Origin: Azolla caroliniana
Taxonomy: Eukaryota; Plantae; Polypodiophyta
Assembly: GCA_043228905.1 (NCBI GenBank)
Contig: JBHGNT010000009.1
Location: 2,480,001-2,544,000 of the forward strand
Reading direction: 5' to 3'
Length of the DNA: 64,000 nucleotides
Position 1 is the first letter of the stretch. The number at the start of each line of letters is the position of its first letter. This document shows positions 50,434 through 60,667 of the stretch, in pieces. Made by a program: the position numbers and the translations under genes. The notes under the pieces were generated by a model that was not told where the DNA came from, made no database searches, and was given only the letters and a program-made list of their open reading frames with translations.

Positions 50434-53400
50434 TTAAAGACGACGAGTGGAACGAGTCGGCGCTAATTGCGGACCGGGTTTGTCCGGATACTTTCGGTGG
50501 AAATCAGCAAGAAGATCTTGTGCATTGGCAACATTCTCGACGGGTTCCCAAGTACGTTCGCTCGGACTATAACCTAGCCAATCGACCAAGTAATAAAGTT
50601 TGTTGCGAACAAGTTTGGAATCGAGGATGGCAGCAACTTCATACTCCGGGCCGGCGTCCAACTCCAGCGGGGGCGGCGGTGGTGTCACACGATCGGGAAT
50701 GGTGTTTGCTTTATAAGGTTCAAGAAGAGAACAATGGAAAACCGGATGTATCTGAAGCTGCGGAGGGAGATCCAGGCGGAAGGTGACATCATTAATCTTC
50801 CCCGTAATACGGAAAGGACCGAGTCGTCGATAATCCAACTTGTCGCACGGTCGAGTAGTCTTGATGTGACGACGTAAGAGCCATACTCGATCTCCGATGG
50901 CAAAAGAGGAGGGAATCCGATGACGATCCGCATAAGTTTTCTGTGTGTGTTGAGCATGACGAAGGTGAGTAGAGAGATCCATCTGGATCTTGCGTAGCCT
51001 CTCCAAATGGTCCTCGGCACGAGGGTTGGTAGGTAGCTCCGGAGTGTCGATCACCGACCAGCGAGGATGGAAACCGGTATAAGCGAGAAATGGGGAGACC
51101 CGAGTCGAGGAGTGAATAGCATTATTATACGCAAACTCCGCAAAGTGGAGAATCTCGGCCCAATCGTCCTGTTGATAACTCAGAAAACACCGGAGATATT
51201 GCTCCAACGTTTGGTTTGTTCGTTCCGCCTGTCCATCAGTTTGAGGATGGTAGCCGGAGGAGAGGATGCAGGAGACCTTGAGCATCCTGAAGAGATGCTG
51301 CCAAAATTTGGAGACAAATTGCGGGCCTCGGTCACTGATAATACTGTCTGGTAGGCCATGATGCCGAAATACCTCCCGCATAACAAGAGCGGCGGTTTCC
51401 TCGCTAGTGATGGCTTTAGTACATGGCACAAAATGTGCCATCTTCGTATATCGATCGACGACGGTTAGGATAGCATCGAACCCCTTCGAGACCGGCAGAT
51501 CTGTAATAAAATCAAGACAAGTAGACTGCCATGGCTTACTTGGAATTGGTAAAGGTTCCAACAAGCCATATGGATGGTGTCGTGGCATCTTTGCTCGGCA
51601 GCAAGCATCACAGGTCCGAACGTAGTCGTCGACAAAACGGCGCATGTGGGGCCACCAAAAAGATCGCTGCACTAACTCCAACGTCTTGGTACTACCGAAA
51701 TGTCCCGCCGTATGGGTGTCGTGACAATGTTGGACGATTTGAAGGCGACAGGAGCAATCGGGGACATATACGCGCTTTTTAAAGAATAACAAACCATCAT
51801 GATATTCGAATTGTCGGTAGTCAATACCTGGTTGTTGAGACTGAGAACAGGATGCCCGAGAAGTATCAATGTGCGCCAGGATGTCTTGAGCAAAACTATC
51901 CGTCTTCAAGGTTGCACGTATGTCATCGGTAATCCGTGAATCCATCGGGGTGTGAAAAATCCGCGTCGTGTGCAATCGTGTTGGTCCCAAGATTACTTGC
52001 TTTTGATTATCAAATGTTGCGTCACCAGGACGAGGTGCAAGATATGAACGCCGTGATAGTGCATCTGCTTTTCCTTGCTGCTTCCCCGGTCGATATGTGA
52101 TTTCGAAGTTGAAACGCGTGAGGAATTGCGCCCACCGAGCTTGCCGTCGATTTAGTACGCGAGCGTTCTGAAAATAAGCAAGATTTTTATGATCGCTAAA
52201 GATAATGACCTGATGTGGAGAGCCCTCTAAGAAATGCCGCCATTGTACAAATGAATCCACGATGGCTAATAACTCCTTGTCATGTATTTCGTAGTTGATT
52301 TCTGCGACATTGAATTTGCGCGAATGGAAAGCCACCGGATGCAACTCTTCTTTATCGCCTTGTTGAGAAAGGATGATACCGAGGGCGAAATCTGATGCGT
52401 CGGCCTCCATGATGAATGGTTTGCTTGTATCCACATGAGCTAGAATCGGTGCTGATGTAAAGGCTTTCTTAAGATGCCGAAAAGCCATATCTGCTTCGAT
52501 GGACCAAAGAAATGCTTGGCCCTTCTTCGTAAGTTGTGTGAGAGGTAAAATAATCTTCGAGTAATCCTGTATAAACTTACGGTAGAAGTTAGCAAAGCCT
52601 AGAAAACATTGTACATCTCGTACCGACCGTGGAATTTGCCACTCTAGTACAGTTTGGATTTTAGCTGGATCCATGGCGATGCCCTTTGAGGAGATGACGT
52701 AGCCTAGAAATTCCACTTGCTTGCAGTCAAAGCTACATTTCTCTAGCTTGGCATAAAGACCATTCTCGCGGAGTCGCTTTAGTACTAATAGTACATGAGA
52801 ATTGTGCTCTTCCTGGGTCTTCGAATAAATCAACAGATCATCCAGATAAATGATCAAACAGATATCCAAGAGGTCTCTGAATATATCATTTGCCATGTGT
52901 TGGAAGACTGCGGGTGCATTGGTTAGGCCAAACGGCATAACAGTATACTCGAAATGCCCATACCGCGTGCGAAAAGCGGTCTTCCACTCATCTCCCGGTC
53001 GGATCCGCACGAGATTATATGCTCCTCGTAGGTCGATTTTAGTAAAAAACTTGGCACCATTAACTTGCTCTAAAAGACTTGATATAAGAGGAAGTGCATA
53101 CCTATTCCGGATGGTGACTTTATTCAATCCGCGGTAATCAACGACAAGACGAAGTGAGCCATCTTTCTTCTTGACAAAGAAGATGGGTGCACCGGCCGGA
53201 GATTTCGAATGACGGATGAACCCGCTTGCCAAGTTCTCCTCTATGTAGGCTCGAAGGACTTCTAACTCGGTGGGTGACAAGTTGTAAATTGGTCCCCAGG
53301 GTGGCTCGGTTCCTGGTTGTAAATCGATGGGACAGTCATAGGGACGGTGATGAGGAAGGGTACCGGCTTTTACCTTGTCAAATACATCGGCATAAGGATG

Positions 53401-54006
53401 ATATTTTGCCGGAAGTTGTATTGAGGAGTCCTTCTTAATAGTGCTAGAAGGATGTACTGATATGGCAAATAGGAACATTGCCTCCTTGGGTCCTTCTTCG
53501 CGTAGTTGATGGAGTGAAATGGTCGAAACTCGGTGAGTTGATTCTTGGGGTGGTCGATATCGGACTTCTCTTGTTCTCCAATCTATGGCTGGATTATGTA
53601 ATTCAAGCCAAGGTAATCCTAGGACAATGGGATGCTCTGGACTACTAATTATATTAAATGATATTATACACACAAAACTACCTAGGACAACTTGAATGGG
53701 TTCTGATTCTTCTACAATATTCCCGGAAGCAATGGGACGACCATCAATGACCACTACAGATGCGGGACAAGGAAGTTTTCTTAAGGATATCTGAGAAGCT
53801 TGGGCAAAATTTCGATCCATGAAACAGGAATTAGCTCCGGAATCTAAAAGTGCTAGGACGGGTACTGGGGGAGTACTTTTAGTACTAACAATGACTTGGG
53901 CTAGGAACACATTGCTAACTTGCTTGGAAGGAATGGAACCACTAATGGGCTGTACAGATCTAGGGCTGCTGTCCAACCAAATGGCTCCTATTTTGGCTGG
54001 ACTCAA
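50434..54006 (-). CDS. pol: Pol polyprotein (protease, RT, RNase H, integrase, chromodomain), probably expressed by -1 frameshift
   Basis: Uninterrupted 1190 codons: LLDSGA, YLDD, DASD, HHCC zinc finger, SDRGPQF, GQAERTN, GPF, chromodomain EYEVAAILDSK..YLVDWLGY..TWEP. Confidence 0.96.
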   Translation of the reverse strand: MSPAKIGAIWLDSSPRSVQPISGSIPSKQVSNVFLAQVIVSTKSTPPVPVLALLDSGANSCFMDRNFAQASQISLRKLPCPASVVVIDGRPIASGNIVEESEPIQVVLGSFVCIISFNIISSPEHPIVLGLPWLELHNPAIDWRTREVRYRPPQESTHRVSTISLHQLREEGPKEAMFLFAISVHPSSTIKKDSSIQLPAKYHPYADVFDKVKAGTLPHHRPYDCPIDLQPGTEPPWGPIYNLSPTELEVLRAYIEENLASGFIRHSKSPAGAPIFFVKKKDGSLRLVVDYRGLNKVTIRNRYALPLISSLLEQVNGAKFFTKIDLRGAYNLVRIRPGDEWKTAFRTRYGHFEYTVMPFGLTNAPAVFQHMANDIFRDLLDICLIIYLDDLLIYSKTQEEHNSHVLLVLKRLRENGLYAKLEKCSFDCKQVEFLGYVISSKGIAMDPAKIQTVLEWQIPRSVRDVQCFLGFANFYRKFIQDYSKIILPLTQLTKKGQAFLWSIEADMAFRHLKKAFTSAPILAHVDTSKPFIMEADASDFALGIILSQQGDKEELHPVAFHSRKFNVAEINYEIHDKELLAIVDSFVQWRHFLEGSPHQVIIFSDHKNLAYFQNARVLNRRQARWAQFLTRFNFEITYRPGKQQGKADALSRRSYLAPRPGDATFDNQKQVILGPTRLHTTRIFHTPMDSRITDDIRATLKTDSFAQDILAHIDTSRASCSQSQQPGIDYRQFEYHDGLLFFKKRVYVPDCSCRLQIVQHCHDTHTAGHFGSTKTLELVQRSFWWPHMRRFVDDYVRTCDACCRAKMPRHHPYGLLEPLPIPSKPWQSTCLDFITDLPVSKGFDAILTVVDRYTKMAHFVPCTKAITSEETAALVMREVFRHHGLPDSIISDRGPQFVSKFWQHLFRMLKVSCILSSGYHPQTDGQAERTNQTLEQYLRCFLSYQQDDWAEILHFAEFAYNNAIHSSTRVSPFLAYTGFHPRWSVIDTPELPTNPRAEDHLERLRKIQMDLSTHLRHAQHTQKTYADRHRIPSSFAIGDRVWLLRRHIKTTRPCDKLDYRRLGPFRITGKINDVTFRLDLPPQLQIHPVFHCSLLEPYKANTIPDRVTPPPPPLELDAGPEYEVAAILDSKLVRNKLYYLVDWLGYSPSERTWEPVENVANAQDLLADFHRKYPDKPGPQLAPTRSTRRL

Positions 54007-55160
54007 TCGTTTAACTCTTCATCTAATTGACTAAGGATTTCAAATTTATTTGAGATACTTGGGCTATTAGTACTATGAATACTATCTGACACTCTATTAG
54101 TACTATTAATATTATCAGACACTCCGAAGGGAAGAATTGACTCGGGTTTAGTACAGGCGACGATTTGATTTACCTGTCTTCTTAGCCTATGGGGACAATT
54201 GATGGCGATATGTCCTGGTCCACCGCAATAAAGACATAATCGATTGGCACGTCGTCGTTGCTTTTCTTCTTCCGATAACGGGCCGCGTCGACGCATGGTA
54301 TCGATCTCCATCGGTGTCGAAGTATTTGCTTGAGGTATGTCTCGTGCAAACGGTTTAGCCGCGACTGCGGCGTAAGTGGGCTCTGGCCTAGAGCGTGGTA
54401 TCTGTAATTGACGTTCTGAACGCCGTTCAAAAAGGCGGTTGTCACATCGAACTGCTCGACTGATTGCCTCCGTAAGAGACTTTGGTTCTTCGGGGAAAGT
54501 TAGAAGTAGATCTTTGACATCGTTTCGCAAGCCATAGCGAAACTGCTCCATTAGTGCTTGATCATCCCAGGGTATATCTGAAGCAAGTAGGCGGAAATCC
54601 GCCGCGTAGGCAGAGGCTGGACGATCGCCTTGACGCAATCGCCGGATCTTGTTGATCGCCGTCCTGATGTTGTCGGTGTCTCCAAAGCAGGCTTTAAACT
54701 CACCAATAAAATCTTCAAAGTTATTAAGTAAGGGTGATTGTTTTTCTAGAAGCGGAGCAAACCATGCCAAGGCTGAGCCGCTAAGTAGCGTGCCTATTAG
54801 GCCGACTCGAGATGCATCTGTGGGATATCGGGAAGGATGCATCTGGATGACTAAGCGTACCTGATTAAGGAATCCCCGGAATTGCGAATGCGTTCCATCA
54901 AATTTCACAGGAAGTCCAATCTTGGGCTCTTTATGAAATCCTTGGGGACTGGATCCTTGTTGTTGCAACGCTGCTTCGAGTTGTTGTACCCGTAACGCTA
55001 ACTCCCCATGTTGTTGTTGCGTTTGTTGTTTTTCTAGAGCGATTTGTTGCAGATCCCCTATCAGCCGTTGGTTTTCTTGTTCCAGGGCAACAAACTTTTC
55101 TTTTAGGCACTGTAGCTCGGAGAAAACGGATTGGTATTCTTGGGCGCTAACAGTAGCCAT
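54003..55160 (-). CDS. gag: Gag (coiled coil, PEG10/RTL1-like capsid, CCHC knuckle)
   Basis: KEPKIGLPVKFDG..FRGFLNQ, LLSGSALAWF, LRQGDRPASAYAADF, PMEID, CLYCGGPGHIAINC. Confidence 0.95.
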   Translation of the reverse strand: MATVSAQEYQSVFSELQCLKEKFVALEQENQRLIGDLQQIALEKQQTQQQHGELALRVQQLEAALQQQGSSPQGFHKEPKIGLPVKFDGTHSQFRGFLNQVRLVIQMHPSRYPTDASRVGLIGTLLSGSALAWFAPLLEKQSPLLNNFEDFIGEFKACFGDTDNIRTAINKIRRLRQGDRPASAYAADFRLLASDIPWDDQALMEQFRYGLRNDVKDLLLTFPEEPKSLTEAISRAVRCDNRLFERRSERQLQIPRSRPEPTYAAVAAKPFARDIPQANTSTPMEIDTMRRRGPLSEEEKQRRRANRLCLYCGGPGHIAINCPHRLRRQVNQIVACTKPESILPFGVSDNINSTNRVSDSIHSTNSPSISNKFEILSQLDEELND

Positions 55161-55216
55161 AGTATAGGGAAAAGGGTAGGAGGATGAGGGAGAGTGACAA
55201 GTAAGCTAGAGGAAGC

Positions 55217-55228
55217 AAATTGGTTCAA
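55217..55228 (-). promoter_or_regulatory. Self-priming PBS of element D
   Basis: Minus-strand TTGAACCAATTT lies 2 nt after the 5' LTR and is complementary to AAATTGGTTCAA at the predicted transcript start (55458-55447); it is not a TGG-type tRNA PBS. Confidence 0.8.
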
Positions 55229-55605
55229 ACTGTCAGGAATAGTACTAAAACAGAGATGGAATTAGTACTAAGAACAGCAGTACTATTAGTACTAAGAGGA
55301 CGGGACCGCGTAAGATTCCCGAGAGAGGAAGTGAGAAGAGGAGAGAGAGAGAGATAGCGAGAATGAGAGAGAGAGAGAGATGATGACAGCAGCTATATAT
55401 TATGTGAAAAGATAAGTACAAGCGGCTAAGAGGCTTAAGACTAGCGTTGAACCAATTTGGTTCAAAACAATGCCTTGTGCCTCCTTTTATAGTGTTTTTA
55501 GGAATAATCCTGAAGCTTCTAGAATGTTCCAGAGAGATCTGGAATATACATCAATTTTCTATGATAAAGTATAAATGAAAATAATATCCTACAAAATACA
55601 ATTCA

Positions 55606-55659
55606 TAATCTAATGGTAAGAGCTTGACCCATGTAGCATAAAGTCATGGGTTCGAGTCT
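55606..55659 (+). promoter_or_regulatory. tRNA-like A-box/B-box module in the 5' LTR of element D
   Basis: TAATCTAATGG (55606) and GGTTCGAGTCT (55649). Confidence 0.65.
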
Positions 55660-56810
55660 TGCCATGACAATACGACTCCAGGGGTACACAGACGCCGATT
55701 AGGCCGGCTACAAAGCCAATAGAAGATCAACCTCCGCATTTGTTTTCTCCCTCGGCAGCGGAGCAATATCCTAGAGCAGCAAAAAACAACCGACCGTCGC
55801 TCTTTCGAGCTCAGAGGCGGAATATAGGGGCGCAACAATGGCCGCATGTGAAGCCATATGGCTCAAAAGGATACTCAAGGATCTGGGTGTACCCATCAAG
55901 GATCTGACATCCCTTTACTACGACAACATGAGCAATATCTATCTGGCTCAGAACCCGGTGTTCCACGCGTGGACAAAGCACATCGAAGTGTACTATCACT
56001 TCATCCGAGAGCGCGTTCTTGCTGGCGATGTCGACCTACAACACATTAACACAAATCTTCAAACAGCCGACATCTTCACTAAAGCCATAGGAGCCGACAA
56101 GTTGTGGCAATTCATGACCGATCTCGGATTGACGATCCCTGACCTGCCAAGCTTGAGGGGGAGTATTGAAGACATTACACAATAACACGTGGATTGCGCA
56201 ACCACGCAACGAAGCCACGAAGAGACGATCCACCGCGCAAAGCCGTGAAGAAAGACGCAAGCCGAAGCACAGACTTCACAACTACGCACAACGCAAGTTG
56301 GAGCATGGATTCCGCAACTCCGCATAAAGCGAGTCGACGCGAGTCAACGCAGACTCCGGAACGCGAGTCGAAGAGGATTTCGGATACCATCTGAAACCGA
56401 CCCGACTTGAGCTTGAGGGGGTGTGTTGATAATCAAGCTCATCTTGGTCTAGTGTGTGAACTCACCTTGAGAGTGAATAGACACTCCAACGGTCAAGAGT
56501 CCCCATTATGTCACCACTTTGTATTCTAGCATTTAGTATGAGTTATAGAATCATATTTTATGACACATAACTTATGAGCTTTCACATTCCCCATGCTCCA
56601 TGAGTCTTGTAGTTAATGAAGAGAGAGGGTGACTATATTTAGCACCCTCCTCCCACCTTGCATAATGTTGAGTCTTTCTCCTTTGTTAATATACTTTTAC
56701 CTTGCGTATTCTTTGTGTCTTATTCCTTGTCTTTCTCATTCTCTTTCTCTCATACACACACATAACTCACATCTCTTCCGCTTCACAAGAATCATATCCG
56801 ATTCTTTACA

Positions 56811-59422
56811 ATCGGCATACAACTTTCAGATGGGTGCTCGAGTTGAAGCCGGGTGGTTGTATCATGTGCACCTCCTCTTCTAATTCGCCTTGTAGAAAGG
56901 CGTTCTTGACGTCCATTTGATGGAGATGCCACCCTTTCGTCGCGGCAAGCGCAATTACGGTCCGTATTGTCGTCATCTTTGCCACCGGGGCAAAGGTCTC
57001 TTCGTAGTCAATGTCGTGCGTTTGTGCGTAGCCTTTCGCTACGAGCCGCGCTTTGTAGCGGTTGACGGAACCATCGGCGTTGTACTTCACTTTGTAAATC
57101 CATCTGCATCCGATCGCCTTTTTGTGTGGTGAGGTGGGAACGAGATCCCACGTCTCGTTCTTGCATAGTGCCTGCATCTCCTCGTTCATGGCTTCGATCC
57201 ATCGTGGATCCTTGGCTGCTTAGGAAAATGTTTCCGGCTCACGTACTGTCGCCACCTTCATCATAAAGGCATAGTGATATGCCATGTAGTCGTTGTAGCC
57301 GAATCGGTTGACCGGATTCTTTTCACGGGAGGAGCGACAGAGCTTTTCATTTGCAGAGATGAGGGCTTTGTTGGCTCCGATTGGTACATCGAAGCCGTCG
57401 AACTCATTGTCGAGTGAGTGAGTCGACTCATCGTCGTCGAAGCGATCGTCTTCGTATTCCGACATTTTCGCCTTGCCTTTGTCCATCTTCGGGCTAGGTC
57501 GTGATGTGCTTTGATCGCTCGGGGGCTCTTGTGGCCCACTTAGCCTTGTGGTAATCAGGCTATCTTCAAACATGTCTTCGAGGCGATCTCCACCTTCTCG
57601 CTCTTGTTTGGCCGGTTCCGCGTTGATCGGGGTCGAAGTCGGAATCTTCTCTAGTGCGTACCAGGATGTGGATTCGTCGAACACGACGTCTCCACTTACT
57701 CGAACTTTTCGGGTAGATGGGTTGTAGCATTTGTACCCCTTTTGTTCGAGTGAGTATCCTACAAGGATACATTTCTCCGACTTTGGATCTAGCTTTTGCC
57801 GCTTTTCGTCAAGTATGTGCACATATGCTATCGCACTGAATATCCGGTTGTGCGATAAGTCCAACTTCTTTCCGAAGTATTTTTCGTGCAGAGTGACCTC
57901 GTGCACGCCGGATGTTGTGCACCAGTTCATTAGGTAGAAGACCGTATTTGTAGCTTCAACCCAATATGACTTGGGCATATGCTTCTCGTTCATCATGGCC
58001 CGCGCTACTTCGAGGATGTGCCGATTTTTGCGCTCGGCCACTCCGTTTTGTTGCGGAGTGTGTCCGCAAGTGAATTCTCGCCGAATTCCTTCCTTTCGGA
58101 GATACACCGTGAAATCATTCGAGAAGTACTCCTTGCCGCCATCCGATCGAAGGCATCGTACATGACGACTAGTGGCTTTTTCGATTTCGTTTTTAAACCT
58201 TTGGAAGTGTCTGAACACTTCGCTCTTTTGCCGCATCGGATAGAGCTACGTGTGCCTGGAGAAGTCGTCGATGAAGAGCACGTAATATCGGCATCCGCCG
58301 AATGTAGCCGTCTGCACCAATCCCCATACGTCGGAATGGACTACGTCGAGTAGACCTTTGCTCACGTTCCGCTCTTTCAGGAATGGGTGTCAGTGTTGCT
58401 TGACGAATTGGCACGCTTCACATACACCTTCAATCTCCTTCTCTTTGAATGTCGGGAGTCCGATGACGACTCCTTTCGATTTCATTGCTTTGAGTTTGTT
58501 GAGATTGATGTGGCCGATTCCCTTGTGCCATAGCTCTATGTCGGAGTCGGCTTTCATGCTTTTTGCGAACATGGCAGAGTTCATCTCGTGTGAATCGAGA
58601 ATGAGCATTTAGCCCTCTCTTCTTCCGTGTGCGATGATTTGGCCCTCTTTTTCGATGAAGCACCCTTCTTGGTCGAATCGTACTTGCATCCCTTGCTCAA
58701 CCATTTGGCCGACGGAGACCAAATTCTTCGTGATGGTGGGAACATGCAAGACATTTTTAATGTATGTTTGCTTACCTCTTTCCCCGAGCAGAACATTGCC
58801 GATGTGCCGAATCGTGTGCGTAGTGTCATCTCCGGTTTCAACATAACCGGGTAGCTCCGGCTCTCTAAGTTCGAGAAACCATTCTTTATGAGATGTCATA
58901 TGGTTTGAGGCTCCGGAGTCAACAAACCATACGTCCTCCGGATTGAGGGCACTAGTTGAGGTAGAGGCCGACATAGAGTTTGCTCTATGTTTCATCATGA
59001 ACATTCTGCCACCGTCGGAGTTGTGTGCATACATTCCACCACGATCTTTGTAGTCAGAGTTGTGCTCGTACATTCCGCTATACTCTTCGTAGTCAAAATT
59101 GTGCGTGTAATTCGTGAGTTGTCGGCTTGTGGAAGCGGATTCACGCATCTTCTTTCGGCACTCTTCTTCGTGGTGGCTGAGCTTTCCGCAATATCCGCAT
59201 TCGGTTGCATTTTGACGGCTTGGGCCGGAGTGGAAGCTCACCCTTCTTGCGAAGGTTCCTTGTTGGCATCCGTTTTGCGGCCGAAATTGGAAGTTGTTGT
59301 TATAGGTCGGACTTCATCTGCCTTGTCCTTGGCCGAATCGGCCTCTCGCTCATCCGCGCCCTCTTCCTCCGTTCGAGTGCATGTAGAGCATGTGGCCTTC
59401 CGACTCATTGCTCCTTGTACTC
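56811..59422 (-). pseudogene. Ty1/copia polyprotein (element F): gag knuckle, protease, integrase, start of RT
   Basis: CGYCGKLSHHEEEC, WFVDSGASNHMT, LWHKGIGH..CEAC, LRSDGGKEY, TPQQNGVAERKNR, RYKARLVAKGY, HQMDVKNAFLQG; stops and frameshifts; cut by element E at 56810 and element G at 59423. Confidence 0.92.
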
Positions 59423-60145
59423 TGTTATGTACACATAACGTTGGTGAGGGTAGGTCACTAATATTTACAGTAGTGAAGGGTATGTTCACTATTATTAAAA
59501 AGGGGACTAATCATTGGATAGAATGAATGATATGTGCATGCACTATCATGATTTAGACAACCAATGAATAGAGATCCTTTTAGAAAGGCACATCTATTCA
59601 AGGGGCCTAGGAAAAGGTATAAATATGAGGCTTAGCTACCCTCATAAAGATCATCACGTCGGAAGGCTGCTGTCGTAGACACCGGTGGTGCGGGCTAGGC
59701 TTTCGTCTCGACGATCGTGTTTATCTCTTCCAAGGTATTAGTCATCCTAATATCCGGCGGTATGGGACGTCGGTGGTAGGTTGGCTATGTCTAGATCATA
59801 GCTCGGGGGTGGTCGGGTGGAACGGGTTCTTCTATCCAATCTATTTTCTTCCTTTTTACTTGATTTGGTCTATTGATTAGTAATAGACTCTTAACAGTGG
59901 TATCAGAGCTTTTACTAACAATTTTTTTGTTGTTTTGATGTTTTTTGCGTGTGAGCGAGGGGGATCTAACAAGGCTCATCATGCTCTTCTCAGGATCAAA
60001 ACAACACTCTAAACCCGGTATTCTTCTTTTTTGATCTCTTCTCTTTTTCTATTATGCGTTCTTTATGGTCGAATCAAATTGGTATTACGTTTTATTCTCT
60101 TTCTTTCTACCTCCTACTACGCTACGATTTTACTTATTATTATGC

Positions 60146-60667
60146 ATCGGGCCGAGCGTGTTTGCACTAATCGCACACGCTCAACTCATGGCCTTTTGCA
60201 TATTGCGATATATATCCCACTCTCTCCTCTCTTGAACTCTTACGATAATAATTATTCTTGTGCATTGGGTCGAGCGTGTTTGCTCTAATCGCACACGCTT
60301 ATCTCATGGCCGTTTTGCATATGATGTTGAGTATACCACTCTTCCCCTCTATTGAGCCATCACTTGGCCGATTCTAAGGGATGATGTGGCCTTGACGAGG
60401 TGTATGTTGCCTACCTATGCCACTCTACTCTCTATTAAGCCATCAATTGGCCGATTCTATGGGATGTTGTGGCCTTGACAAGGTATATGTAGCTTACATA
60501 TGCCACCTTCCTTTTTAATTAGCCATCAATTGGCCGATTCTATGGGATGTTGTGGCCTTGACAAGGTATATGTAGCTTACATATGCCACTTTCCTCTTTA
60601 ATTAGCCATTACTTGGCCGATTCTAGGGATATGTGGTGGTCTTGAGGAGGTGCATGTCAACTACCCT
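60146..60667 (+). repeat. Leader tandem repeats: 2 x about 120 bp and 4 x 83 bp
   Basis: CGAGCGTGTTTGC.CTAATCGCACACGCT occurs twice; units AGCCAT..TGGCCGATTCTA start at 60355, 60438, 60521 and 60604. Confidence 0.9.

Larger units (their letters stand above)
49980..55669 (-). mobile_element. Full-length intact Tcn1-like chromovirus (Ty3/gypsy; element D)
   Basis: LTRs 49980-50422 and 55231-55669 differ at only a handful of sites; TSD ATACG at 49975-49979 and 55670-55674; minus-strand PPT AAGGGGGAGATAG; intact gag and pol. Confidence 0.97.
45630..56810 (+). mobile_element. Ty1/copia (element E): RT-RNase H split by insertions, with 3' LTR 56424-56810
   Basis: Coding pieces 45630-46055, 49964-49979 and 55675-56185 rejoin to ..LYKTAMPIRLQGYTDAD..ALSSSEAEYR..NPVFHAWTKHIEV..QTADIFTK; PPT TTGAGGGGG then TGTTGAT...CTTTACA. 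Confidence 0.88.

Noticed and set aside
11721-55659. Calling the A/B-box modules tRNA genes
   Set aside because: No acceptor stem or proper anticodon arm can be folded; only promoter boxes and spacing persist.
60355-60667. Regular repeats as a CRISPR-like array
   Set aside because: The whole 83-bp unit is repeated with no unique spacers; eukaryotic TE context and no cas genes.
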